Shown here: positions 1 to 12,491 of the stretch, piece after piece | Position numbering within the stretch: position 1 is the stretch's first letter | Layout of the letters: every line of letters starts with the position of its first letter | From: Sphaeroforma arctica JP610 | Lineage: Eukaryota | Length of the DNA: 39,537 nucleotides | NCBI RefSeq assembly: GCF_001186125.1 | Contig: NW_014040439.1 | Coordinates: 107,749 to 147,285, forward strand | Direction: 5' to 3' | The notes under the pieces: model-generated | Told to the model about the DNA's origin: nothing | Seen by the model: only the letters and a program-made list of their open reading frames with translations | Databases searched by the model: none | Made by a program: the position numbers and the translations under genes

Positions 1-230
1 TATATATATTTGTATGTATGTATGTATATATGTATGTAGGTTTGTATGTATGTCCAGTGGACGTTATGTATATGTGTGTGTATGTGTCTGTGTCTGTGTG
101 TGCATGTGTATATATATATATGCACTCACACGTATACATACACTCTCACACACACTCACATTGCATAATATGTATGTATATATATGATTTTTTTATTCAT
201 TGATTTATTAATCTATATTTATATTTATAA

Positions 231-271
<41 letters not shown>

Positions 272-345
272 TAATATATATATATATCTCTCTCTCTCTC
301 TGTAATATTTTTTCTAATTTATATCTGTAATATATATATTCATAT
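1..345. repeat. (TA)n/(TG)n/(TC)n microsatellite-rich intronic sequence
   Basis: Dinucleotide runs are directly visible. The ORFs here translate to low-complexity VCVC/YIYI strings. Confidence 0.9.
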
Positions 346-372
346 GCATACTATTACAACTGTATATATATG

Positions 373-517
373 TATCGTGTACATCAGTTATACTAACCTC
401 TCCTGCTCCATTTGTAATCGTTCGAAACGCATTTTTATACCATTCTGCACTATTGGTATTCACACTGTTGGTATTCATCTTATTTCAGCCTTTCTTTCTG
501 CCTTGATTATTCATGGC

Positions 518-559
<42 letters not shown>

Positions 560-680
560 TATATATATATATATATCGTGTACATCAGTCTTACTAATAA
601 CTTCACTTGCTCCATTTGTTTTCGTTCGAAACGTCGTTACCACTATTGACGTTCACACTGTTGGTATTCGTCTTACTTGC
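373..680 (+). repeat. Diverged ~110-bp tandem duplication (about 373-487 and 574-680) inside an intron
   Basis: Both copies read TATCGTGTACATCAGT...TGCTCCATTTGT...CGTTCGAAACG...CACTATTG...TTCACACTGTTGGTATTC.TCTTA, each preceded by a TA microsatellite. Confidence 0.8.
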
Positions 681-771
681 TTCTGGTGTATGTCAGAACT
701 GATAATCACATATGATAAACATAGAACGTGCACAGTAATCTGATTTGACAGTTTGCCTTTTTATGTATTAG

Positions 772-3700
772 ACCGAGATCTCTGGGACTCAAAGACTCTG
801 ATAGACAGCGCTATACACCCTGATCACAAAGGGACGGTGCCGCATCTCTTCCGATTCTCGGCATTTGTACCCGCGAATATAGTGGTGGTGGCTGCTATGT
901 TGTCTCCGGTGGTAATTGCCTCGCCCGTGCTCACCATTGCGGCCCATTGGTGAGTATTGTAATGTTTGAAACGTACTCGATTAGGGACACTCGTAGCAGC
1001 GTGCAAGATTGGGTGTGCTGGTTTCTGTTAACGGAGCCGTTTTGTTTTGTTTTTTGGTGACCGTAATGCTTCAACCGGAAGTGATTGGAAGGATAGGTAG
1101 TGCGGATGTGTGGTGCGTGTGTACCACATGGTGTAGATGAATAAGTACGCATGGCTATAATCGCTGTACGCTAGTGGTTTACCGGGGGGGGGGGGGGTAG
1201 TCATCATCGCCGGTGGCATACGCATGGCCTATCGCGTTGTGTGAATCTCTCACAGCTCGTTCACCTTGTTATGCATGACATTTGCTACTTCTACCTTGTG
1301 TCTGTGTCCCAGTATCCACTCGTTGACAGCAGCGTTTGTTTGATACGAACAGGTATCAATCCTGCTTTAAATTGCATGTATGTGTGAAGCAAATAATACA
1401 TCCGAGTGCAATCATATCCGCGTAGCTCTCTGTCACTTCACGCCGATATATATGTGCGTTGTGCCCGTTTGTTTTTATCTGTTCAGAATTGATTACACGA
1501 GTTTGAATCTGTATACATACAAGCAAGCGGACTCCATTAGCTACCAGCGTACTATCAAGGCAGTCGTGATCTTGGTATATCAAAACTATCATCCCTTATA
1601 CTTTGCGTCACTCCGTATGGGCTACATGCACAGCTGCAGTGCAGGCCGTTGTCCTCACTCATGCTCAATTGACCAACCCCGCCAACAGGACTAATCAGAG
1701 TTACAATGCTGCTGTGAACTATTGCAATCGAAACGCGTCACAGCCCGTGCCCGCCAGTTTGCTCGCGCAGGTGAGGATGAGTGACCGTTTGGAGAATAGT
1801 ATGCTCTCGTGTATGACTTTTATTTTGTGTATGACTGTCCGTATCGTATATGTGAATAGTATAGTATACTTCAATCCATCAATTGCGCGCTCTGTGGGCT
1901 GGGTGGTGGCACTCGATTTGTATGATTATTGTGCACGCTAGGTATTCTCCCATGCGGACCCTGTGTCGATGTTTTCACCTTTGAACACTGAATAGCCGCG
2001 TGCGCCCTATTCGTTGCAATTAAAATTTTGTTGAAACAATTTATAGATTTCAAGGAGCAGAGACGGCACTAGACTCCGTTGGTGTTGGGTTGTCCCTGAT
2101 AGACAAGTCTCGAGTGCCATTGCTGTACTTGTGCGAAATCATCCCAGAAATAAATCGGATTAGTGTTAAGAGTGATCTCGCAGCATTGCAGCTATTTTGA
2201 GAGTTCATACTGTAAGTGTAGTCTGAGCCCGAAATAGGGTCTTGTCTCGACTAAACGCAAACGAAGACGGGGTACTCATCTGGAGTACGATGTTATTGTG
2301 CAGGGCTACGTAGGGGCAGTGGGAGCATCGGTATCAATTGGTTTGGCTGCGACGGCACTGACCACTAAGGCTGCCAAGCTCGGTACGTATACGAATCTTC
2401 CCTATTGCTTGCTCGTCGGGCGGCTGTGATCTGTGTCTGTACGGAGTTCATCGTTGTTTTGGCCCCCCCTCGGGGCATTTCCCTCCCATTCCTTACGCAT
2501 CTCGTGTTGTACCTTGTGTCTGCCAAAGGTGTTTTCTGTATTAGTCCGGTGTTCGAAATGTAGCATTGTGCGTTGCACGCTCTGAGATGCACTTGCGGTG
2601 AATACGAATAGTTACATGCTAGTCGTATAGGTTTATAACTACCCGGTTTATAAAAAGCAGAAACGTGGGTCGAGGGTGCAGCTGTGGCGATGGGCGGGCT
2701 CCCACGTCCTTTGTATTTTAAATACAGATATGGTGACCAATGCGCGTTCACTTGTATAGATGTATTCAGATATATGAGGGTTTTGTCTGGGGAAGGAATT
2801 TATTAGCGCATCCGAGAATTTATCAGCGTATCTGACCCACCACATTTTCTGCACACGCTTATCCCAAGGCCCGGGTGCTGCCTTGGCCATTCGTGCGACA
2901 CTCCCGTTCTTGGCGTGTGCCGTGTCGGGAGTACTAAACATTGGACTTATGCGACGATCGGAACTAGAAACCGGTGTCACGGTGTTCGATCATGAAGGTA
3001 ACTTTTATTGACGGTATATGCGCTCCCTTTGGACACAAGGGCTGGGTGTTGAGTAGTCTAAGACACTTGCTTGCAGTGCGAATATACACTGGTCTAGCTA
3101 CGGCTCCTTCGCCCTCCGGTATTGGGTATTGATGTGTTTGATCCATTTGAATTTTGTGAGCTCTCCGCCAGCGATATTCTTCCATTCTACCAAGAAGTGT
3201 TTGATATCTTGTTACAGTGCTATTTTAAAATTGGTATTGGCGGGAAGAGTACTACCGAGCTGACAACATGGTTGGTGCTGTGCGCACTTTCTGGTGTGAC
3301 CTGGCCTGTTTTGGGCATTTGATATGCACGTGCAAAATGCTATACATCTATATCTTCCATATAACCAAACAAACTTTAATAGGGGAAGCTAGGGGACAAT
3401 CTATTAAAGCAGCGGAGAAAGGTCTGAAAGAGTGTGCGGCAGCTCGTGTGTTGTGGAACATTCCCATCACCGTGTTCCCAGCGCTGATCATGAGCAGGTG
3501 TGGCATATACGCATTTTATTCAGTACGAATGTGAGGATTCAAATTATTTTAGAAGGTGACATGTTGTTTTATGTTTTCGTTCGCATACGTGTATTTGTGT
3601 GTTTGATTTTGGTTGTGTTTTTGATGCAGAATCACTCTTTACGTCGCTTTTTGGGACATTGCTACCTATGCTTTCCCGTAGTCTCCTTTGTGTCTTATAT

Positions 3701-4636
3701 AGATCGATTTTGTTTGTGTGTTTGGATGAGGTACCAATATAATTTTACGAAGCGTAGTATAGCTGTGCGGGAGCGCCTCAGCACGTCATCGGAGAAGAGC
3801 TGCCGGCGCATTTACACCACACAAGATAATATTCACTCAAATCCAATCAGTTTCGATACACACAGACAATTTATCCGGTGCAGTGCATCAGTGTGTGCGC
3901 TATTTAGTGTAAATGTTTATTGTATGGCCTGGTGCACCAAAGTGAGTAGCATTACAAGTCTGTCTCTCCAGAAGTGTTGGTGGTGTTAACCACCCTATAG
4001 TGTGCAAAATCGATACTATTGGTCTGCAAAAGTATTTCCTCATTTCAGGCTGATCAGTCGTACTGCGACTGCGATGCTTCTAACTGAGTTGTAACAATTT
4101 TATCTTGTCCCCGACATGCTTCTAGATATTGTATTGGAGTGTCTTTCGGTCAGGTTTTCTTCTGTATATATCCATCAGTCAGTATATACGCACTCTAGAG
4201 TTATATACATATCCCACATAAGGCTCAAAAACCACACTATATTGCTGATCAGACTGGAGAAGAAAACATTTTTGGTATCCAACCCACGTGTGCGAATGGC
4301 AGTGGAAATGGGGGTTATTGGCGTGTGCCTATTCCTGGGCGTAGTTCCAGCGCTCGCCGCGTTCCCACAGGTATGTCACTACTGTCTAACTCTCTGGAGG
4401 TGCTTGCGTCTATTTCAGATTTTGCACGTTGTGCCATTCAAAATGCTGTGGATATTCATAAAATTTTATTATTTATAACCACTACTTCATGTGTACCATA
4501 CTCGTGTCTCTCTCCTCTGATATACTTGTTACAGATTGAATCTATGAATGCGGATGATATGGAAGAGCAATTCCAGAATCTAAAGGATTCTAACGGCCAG
4601 AAGGTGGAAAAGTTCGTGTTTAATAAAGGCCTGTAG
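772..4636 (+). CDS. SFXN: Sideroflexin (mitochondrial tricarboxylate/serine carrier family), 5'-partial; exons 772-949, 1689-1770, 2304-2382, 2869-2997, 3383-3497, 4253-4370, 4535-4636
   Basis: GT-AG introns with consistent phases join sideroflexin motifs: LWDSKTLIDSAIHPD, FSAFVPAN, HWTNQSYNAAVNYCNRNAS, LPFLACAVSGVLNIGLMRRSELETGVTVFD, GQSIKAA, LAAFPQ and the diagnostic C-terminus FNKGL*. The start codon lies upstream of the window. Confidence 0.93.
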
Positions 4637-5699
4637 ATTCGCCGCAGGGTGACTGGCCCCCCGAACCCAACACCGCGCACGTACAGTCACGGCGAAGTGT
4701 ACGTGTAGAAATGGGGGATTCTTCACGAACATATAGCCGTTTATGCTGTATCAGATAAATCCACTGACTCGAACACGACGACCTGAGCAACATAATAGAA
4801 TGAAAATTGACAGTTAGTCGGATTCGCGCGCATGGAGTGGGGCTGTGTTAGCTAATCACGATCACCCGCCACAACAAAATCTAGAGATGAGATGCGATAG
4901 AATATTTAACTGGTCCGAGTAGTTAGTGTGAACCATGATTGGCAGTGCCAATTGCAAGATTCTCAAGCGATAAAGTTTATATTAAATATAACTCTCCGAT
5001 CTGTGCAGTACGTAACGAATTTCAAAGCCATTTTCATGCAGTGCTGTCAAGATAAGAAAGCCATTATACGATGGATTCTCATGTTTTATTTTTCTTTCCC
5101 GGTCGCGTAGAATTACTCTGCGCTTCCAACAAATGATAAACTATTTATATGTATGGTTGGTGGCAAGGTTCCAGATTGAATTGCGGATAACTATGAACTC
5201 GGGTGCTATTGCTCGAATGACTACAAGTTTATATTTTGTCAGTATATATTTTGCAAACGAAGCACTCAAGAACTCATGTGCAAACATCTGTGGTATTAAA
5301 TAAAAAAAGCAGTGTCTTTCCGTGGTAATAAAAAAAACAGTCTTGACGAAACGAGCTCGGTACCAGTAGAAAACTCTAGCAATTTAAACACAACCTTACC
5401 AGATACGAAATGTAGCACCATATTTGTGACAATTCAGATTCTTCTATGTTCTGAAGCTTGCTAATGGCACACCATATATGCGCGTGTCAAAATCATTTCA
5501 CAATTAATCGTTTTTTATTCCAAATAATTATGATTTCGATTGCGCTACTGATATAGCAGATACGCACCTAGATACAGATATCCATCGCATAACTGTGACG
5601 GCTGACGACGGCCAGTAAGTCCTAAATTTACCACCTTCAATCTGCATGGGTTGTCAACTTGTCGCCGACGGTAGCTTTTTTATCATTGACCTATCCTTT

Positions 5700-6190
5700 C
5701 GCCAATACATACATGAAGAAAAGACATTGCTGACCAACATCTGCCGGTATGTTCTAATGAATTGAGGCTAGATATTTGCTGGCCTGCTGGCAGCCTGGTT
5801 TTGTGGATTCTGGAGTCTAGAGTCTGGACTACTTGTGACTGTGTTGAAAAAACAGGTATTGGGTATGGGACGTTTTGCCGTGGGTCTTGGGTAGCAGCGC
5901 ATTGGCCAGCACTGTAGCAGCTACAGTATGATAATAGTAGTCCATGTCCCACGCAGCACGAAACGCTTGTGCTCGCGGCGGCTGGTAGAGAAGGCCGCAC
6001 CTTAGTCCGACCGTGGACCCTCTGCGGGCAATACACGTTGTACAAGTGTCCATGATGTCCGCTAGCAGATCTTTTGGGATGTTCCATCTCAACTTGTCTT
6101 GGAACAGACGTCTGAGACGTATGGGTCATGCACACATATGTGTGTCATGCAGCGACCAGACTAACTGCAGCACCGTTACCGGTTTATCAT
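5700..6190 (-). pseudogene. Retroviral/Ty3-type integrase: HHCC zinc finger and start of the core, disrupted
   Basis: VLQLVWSLHDTHMCA*PIRLRRLFQDKLRWNIPKDLLADIMDTCTTCIARR...GLLYQPPRAQAFRAAWDMDY matches the H..H...W...CxxC, GLLxP and WxMD (first catalytic Asp) pattern. Confidence 0.7.
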
Positions 6191-6315
6191 TCACCACACT
6201 CTTTCACGTGGCCACGGACTGCAAGGCGTCCAAACACATCCTGTAGCGAACGGGGTGGTTCCCACTATGGACGGGGAGTCTCGACGCGTTCAACCCCTAC
6301 CAGGTGTCGTCGGTT

Positions 6316-6837
6316 GGGCTGCATAACGGTTTCTGAATGAGCACGAGGTGGAACGACGTCTTTTTCTTGCGTACCCCTAGCGTTTGTCCCTCTTGTTTCT
6401 CCCAGAACTTTTGTTCATGCTGCAGAGTTTGTATTCTGTTTCTCCGTCCACTCACGGACATGCGTCAATGGTTCTGGAGTCGTCATCATCCACCCAACTA
6501 GTACTCAGGTACTGTTGCCAAGAAATCTCTCGTTTTGCACGGGCCTCTTCCAAGGCCGACTGATATTCCTGAATCATGTCCCTCATTGACATGGGAAGCC
6601 TCAACACGTTCGTTTAAACCCTACAGACACCCTCGGCTCCATCATCATCCATATGCAATGAGTACGGCCTCGTTTGGACTGCATAGCGAGTTTCTGAATG
6701 AACAAAAGGTGAACGTCGTTTATTCCTTACTTCCCCTCGGCGTTTTGTCCTTCTTGTCTCTCTCGGAACTCCTACTCTTGGTACACAATTCGTATTCTGC
6801 TCCTCCGTCCACTCGCGGGCATCAGTCAATGGTTCTG
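6316..6837 (+). repeat. Diverged ~160-bp direct repeat (6316-6477 and 6676-6837) in the linker of the minus-strand element
   Basis: Shared blocks CTGCATA..G.TTTCTGAATGA, TATTCTG.T.CTCCGTCCACTC and GTCAATGGTTCTG. The minus-strand peptides REWTEKQNTN and REWTEEQNTN match. Confidence 0.8.
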
Positions 6838-7674
6838 AAGTCTCTGGATGAGGTCGCCGAAGGCGACCTGGTCTTCATCCATCTCTCTAGAATCTTGGTG
6901 TTCCTGAACTGTATCTCTCATTGACATCGCCGGTCGCATCAGTCCGGTTTGCTTCTCATTCCCATCCTCATCCCATGACATCGAACTACCGATCAGTATA
7001 TCGGTTGTCGTAGTTCTCTGTTGCCATCCACCCCCCCAGCCGCGACAAATGTATTGCCTTGAGACTTACCTCATATTGGCCTCGATATCGTTGGAACGAC
7101 AGTCCCCACCACCATCGTCTATCCACATATCATCCCCATATACTGGCCCTGTGTCGGCCTTCAAAACTGCTCGTCTGTGCTGGAAAACACTGCCACCGAG
7201 TTATCACCGTCACTGTAGTCTGCGACTACACTCTTCCCGTCCGAAGTGATCTGTTCAGACGCTGGCACGGACAACGACCGGTCACCTACTGGAACACGAG
7301 ACATGATATTTTCCTCTGAAGCTGGCTCACGGTCAATATTCACAGGCGGGCAGCTACTGGTCTCACTACTGTTCGAGTCCCCCATCCGCACTTTGACCTC
7401 AGGTTCTCACATCGCCAATGGTGCGCTCATAGCTCCCCTTTCTCTTCCTCCTCTAATAGATCCGTCACTTGTCGAAAAGATGCATACACACTATTCTCAT
7501 CCGTGCGTGCTCCCTCCTTAGCAGCTGGCACCTCGACCTGGTTCGGGTAACGACCGCCATACACCGGCCCCAGAAGGCTGCGCATCCTATACGGCCGGGA
7601 CTGAAATCTCAGCTGCCGCCAGAACGGACGCGGCAAGTAATGTACTGTATCGGTTTAATGCAGTCACTACGCAA

Positions 7675-8018
7675 CAAGCTAATCAATGTACAACCCCAAG
7701 AGTGTGACCCAAGCGGCCGACCGTTCTCACCAAAGAACGTATCGTGCTCCGGCGACACCACTATCGGTACATTACCCATCATAGCGCAATACCGTGGAAA
7801 CCACATAGTACCAGTCCACACCGGCTTAGCCATCACAACCCTGGCCATTGCAAAGGAATGTAAATACGTCAAGAACGCGTTTATCTCATCCCAGGGCCTT
7901 GTTGGTTATAATATCTAACGATGCTCTGCATGCGTTCGTTAGTGACAGTAGCAAACCCATCATACCAAAGCCTGCCGTAGAATAGATTTAGAATACTACA
8001 AGGTACTGCAAGTCGCAT
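7675..8018 (-). pseudogene. DIRS-type N6-adenine DNA methyltransferase domain, disrupted
   Basis: MRLAVPCSILNLFYGRLWYDGFATVTNERM (DxFA...N motif), a frameshifted N.PW, then DEINAFLTYLHSFAMARVVMAKPVWTGTMWFPRYCAMMGNVPIVVSPEHDTFFG...W. It is collinear with the MTase at 18390-18770. Confidence 0.6.
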
Positions 8019-10306
8019 TGAACTTGGTTCCCGAATCAACGGAAGCTCTGACCGATAGCTTACATCGTTTCACATCCTGCGAGTCCTCTAAGTAACGATC
8101 GTGATGAACAGGGAGGTATTTCCGATATGCAATCGTGCCAATAGGTACATTTGCAATATCCTGGCAATTATCCTTCACCTCTTCTGGTGAGCGTGAACGA
8201 CGATGGCGTTGTAGCTTGTCACGAAATAGATTCGCAGCTACTTGACCTTGATTAAGCTGTTGTCGTGGAGATTTCATCACTCTACGAAATACATCAAAGG
8301 AACGCTTTGCCGACGACGACAAGTTCTGGTGAGTGTCCATTGCAAAGTGCAAATCCGCTGGTTTCAAACCAAATTTCACCAAAATAAATTTAAACACAGT
8401 TGTCGATTCATGAGTACGGCTTGAATCACATAAGTCGGTCGGCATTTCCTCAAGTGTCGTAATTTCTTGTGCTCTGATTTTAAGCGTGTTTCAATATCCG
8501 CTCTCTGGGGTATCGGCTTCGTGCGGCCAATTTTGCGGTTCGTTGGGCTGATTTGTTTATCTCGTCCGCCACGCTGCGAAGTAACTGGCTATTTGGTGTC
8601 GTCCATACCTGTTGAGGAACCCATTGTAGTTGCGATGTTGGTGCTACCTGTTGCTCAAGATGATTATCACCCGACGCTGGCTGGTCCGTGTTCTTGACAG
8701 TAGACTTGTCACTATTCGCAGACATGTCACTATTCGCCGTTGAAAATCCACGACGTTGGCGGAGTTGTCCACGAATGAGATGAATAATATCCGTGGCCTC
8801 CTACACATGCGTCAGCATCCTCCAGTGTCCATCTCGATCAGAAACCCACCCCGGATGCTGTTTGGCCATATCCAACGTAGAAAACGAGTGTTGGGCCTCC
8901 GAAACCAAACGGGCCAGCGTCACGTGAATTTCTGCCTTTTCTTCATTCTCAGGTGTCAGATCCAAAGAAATGCTGACTCTACCTTAGTACAGATTTAAAG
9001 ACAATCGACGATGAACTCCGAGCAGCTGTTTCGATAGCAGGTCACAAGCTTGCTTACCTACCTCAGGTACCGGTGTAGCACTAGGTCTCATCATTAGCGT
9101 AAGCAAAATTAAAAATCAACTAAATTGTCTTTGGTTTGTTTGGTCTATAAAGAATGTAGTGTAATAAATACAGTAGTTCGGTCACTTAAAATGTAGTCGC
9201 GTGTTACGTCTGAATAAGTGGGCTCAGTCAGAAGTGTCGATATGAACGGCGCGACTGCTGTATTTATTAATCACGTTCATATGTGGGATGACATTCTCTC
9301 TGACAACGGGTAGTTGTGTGTTAAAGTGCAATGCAGCCTGAGACCTGTAGTCTCATTGTGAAATTATCCGTATCTATGGTTTTGGTCTCCTAGTTACTAA
9401 ATTCTGATGACACCCGATGTGTCATCCTGCTCTCTAACTATATCCTTTATTCCACTATATGGACCGGTCCTCTGGTCCGGTCCTCATGTCCGGTCCTAAA
9501 ATGTACGCAGTGATTTCTAGCTAACTCTGATTATGATGGACTGGCTGAACACCCACACACCTGAAAGTGTCGTACATTTTGACGAGACACTTATGGTCGC
9601 CATAGATTTACACAACGAATTTGCACAGTACGCATTGGTCCTACCTCAGCTACTAGCAACATTTCATACATCATTAGAGAATCGTCGCCCTAATGTAACT
9701 TGTTTAAAAAGTCTATTAGAAACACGCTACTGTAATTGTATCAATCACAAGCGCTTGAACACTGGGGGTCAACCTCGTGTGCAACATTGCAGAGACTAAG
9801 TCTCATCCAGTTGTGACTCTGCACACATCAACTGCAAGTATGCTCATGTGTAGCATATCAAACTGTACGAGCCCCTCAACTCATGCGGCTCCCAACGACT
9901 CAACATAACTGAGTTAAACCTCAGCCCCAAAACCGGTTAACCTCCCACGAGAAATATCATCAATTCCATCACTGTTACTTCACCACGAACCTCTCCCACC
10001 ATGGATGGTGTGGCCAAAGATATCCACCCAGTCAACTCACACGTACATCCGCTTGTTAGTCTTGTTAGAATTTTATCACCACTAAATTTTTTACCAAGTC
10101 ACCAGAGGATTTTCCACTTATTACATAAATTCAAATTTCCAGATAGAGAGAACTTAGATATCATACGCAGCATGCTCACAGAAGGTGCCAACAAAGGAAA
10201 TGTAGGCACGCTTCCACCTGCAATACACAAACCTCTCACTCAGCTACAGAACACGCCACCCAACTCCAGACAGTCATATCGATCAGGAGCTAGCTCATAA
10301 TATCTC

Positions 10307-10700
10307 ATGAGTCCCATACTCCTGGACGAGGTGAAGACCTGGCCCTACTATTACCTGTCCCCATTTGGTATCCTTCAGAAGATCCGTAGCGATGGCTCGG
10401 TGAAGCTTCGCTGTATTCATCATTTATCCTACCCACATGGTGTGAGCATAAACGATCACATAACCTCTCGGAAACTACAAGATCTAAAGCTACGCAAAGT
10501 TCTAAACGCAGTTGCTGCCATACAGTCGACATTTCGCCTAACCAAGATCTAAGAAACAGACATAACTCGATACAAACCGATTCGTCGATGATTTCACAGC
10601 TATCATTCTTCCTGTTTTAGGTACCTGCGACACAGCCAAGCTACAAGCACTTTTCGCACACGTAAAGGTTGTTGTAGCGTTTGATGTTGAAACAATGGCT
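10307..10700 (+). pseudogene. Reverse transcriptase fragment, DIRS/Ngaro-like, internally deleted
   Basis: LSPFGILQK...KLRCIHHLSYPHGVSINDHI resembles the SP.G...K...RLIxxLSxPxGxSxN N-terminal RT block of tyrosine-recombinase retrotransposons. RFVDDF follows near 10580. Confidence 0.55.
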
Positions 10701-10879
10701 TGGAATTCATCGGTAATCGCCATCGCGTACTGATGAGGTGACGGCATAATTTTCATCTGATTCTATACCAAATGAAGAAACCAAGGCAGAGGTTCAAGCT
10801 ACGCTAGACTGTTTTGTATTTGAGACTCAACAATCGATCCCTACGTTGGATAAGGCCATACAACCTATTGAAAGGATTA

Positions 10880-12491
10880 TCAAGCGGAGTAACAACTTAG
10901 GGCTGCTGACACATGTATAAAAAGATCAGGGTGTCATCAAACTCCGAGTACGATCTATCGACTTGCGACACGCGGCGCCAACCCTCCGTATAAATGGTGA
11001 GCTAATCACGCCGACGCTCGCAGACGCACCCTGGAACACACTTTACCTCTCCCTGAAGATGGTGCCTACATATGCCAAGCCAAAACGCTCCGAATATCCG
11101 GGGTTCCCACTTTCTCACGGAATACCAGGGATCAACCTCGCGTGACATATGGAATCACTGTTTGCAGCATTGTCCCTTGGTATCGCCTCTTTCGCTGGCG
11201 ACACCCCCCCCCCCGAACCGACTGGTGCTGTTCAAAACATTCATCCTATCTACGGCTACATATGGCCTGAACATTATTGCCTGGGCTCCGCCTATATGGA
11301 AGGATGATNNNNNNNNNNNNNNNNNNNNNNNNNNNNNNNNNNNNNNNNNNNNNNNNNNNNNNNNNNNNNNNNNNNNNNNNNNNNNNNNNNNNNNNNNNNN
11401 NNNNNNNNNNNNNNNNNNNNNNNNNNNNNNNNNNNNNNNNNNNNNNNNNNNNNNNNNNNNNNNNNNNNNNNNNNNNNNNNNNNNNNNNNNNNNNNNNNNN
11501 NNNNNNNNNNNNNNNNNNNNNNNNNNNNNNNNNNNNNNNNNNNNNNNNNNNNNNNNNNNNNNNNNNNNNNNNNNNNNNNNNNNNNNNNNNNNNNNNNNNN
11601 NNNNNNNNNNNNNNNNNNNNNNNNNNNNNNNNNNNNNNNNNNNNNNNNNNNNNNNNNNNNNNNNNNNNNNNNNNNNNNNNNNNNNNNNNNNNNNNNNNNN
11701 NNNNNNNNNNNNNNNNNNNNNNNNNNNNNNNNNNNNNNNNNNNNNNNNNNNNNNNNNNNNNNNNNNNNNNNNNNNNNNNNNNNNNNNNNNNNNNAAACAA
11801 ACTTACTCCACTTTTGTGGCCTGCTCCCCGCGCGACCATTCGCGGACTACCTCGGAGGTTGCCTGGGAATACAACTCGACTCAATGGCCAGCACAAATTC
11901 ACTCACCCTTCTGACGCAACCCGCCTGGGCCCACGACAAACCATCACTGCGCTTCCCGTACAGTATCTATGCTCACCTGAGAACTGTACACATAACCACG
12001 GGCGGGCGTACACCCGATCATGTAGCCCTCCGCCAACACTGTGACGACATTAGGAAGAACTCAACAAAACGCTGGTCCAATAAGGAAATCGTGGCAATGG
12101 CCCGGCACCAATACTACTACCAAATGGTCATGAGTACAAAGCCGGGCACGACAGCTTCAACCGCTGCTTAGAGCCTACACCAATCTGGCTCTGTACTACG
12201 ATTGAAACGAATACGTACATGTTCACATTGCTCGACTACCGCACTGACGGCTATATCTGCTGTGTCTACCCCGGTAGCCCCAAATTCACCACCAGCCACT
12301 TTACCTGCATCCAACAATTGATCCGACGCATCCTGGTAGGCCCGAAACTGCCGCACATTGGCCCTGACCTCCTCCAGCAAATACAGGAGCGCCACGACTT
12401 CCACGGTATCTGGACCCTCCACGAATACCTTGGATCCTTTTTCCAGCATATAGAACAACCGCCGTACCTTCTCTCTGACACATCAACCTGA
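10880..12491 (+). mobile_element. Decayed non-LTR (LINE-like) ORF2 C-terminal remnant spanning an assembly gap
   Basis: NLGLLTHV.K, LRINGELI and RLVLFKTFILSTATYG are typical end-of-RT and post-RT LINE segments. A degenerate Cys/His knuckle ICCVYPGSPKFTTSHFTC lies near the 3' end. Confidence 0.5.
11309..11794. other. Assembly gap (N run)
   Basis: Run of n. The other gaps are at 20740-21461, 26994-27262 and 28967-28986. Confidence 1.

Larger units (their letters stand above)
5680..9093 (-). mobile_element. Decayed integrase-encoding element: unknown N-terminal region, N6-adenine MTase-like domain, low-complexity linker, HHCC integrase; no RT found
   Basis: A minus-strand reading frame broken by stops and frameshifts runs from an ATG near 9093 (MMRPSATPVPEVG...) through the MTase motifs (about 8018-7675) to the integrase zinc finger (about 6190-5940). 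Ends are not defined. Confidence 0.65.

Noticed and set aside
18..743. ORFs of 61-101 aa at the window start, and similar ORFs at 35219-36033
   Set aside because: They are translations of TA/TG microsatellites inside introns.
1170..1200. G-run flanked by CTAGTGG resembling, in reverse, 33965-34010 (possible Helitron-like end)
   Set aside because: The similarity rests mainly on a homopolymer run and is too short to support.
3432..3989. 185-aa plus-strand ORF
   Set aside because: It lies mostly in a sideroflexin intron, is out of frame with the exon and has no domain features.
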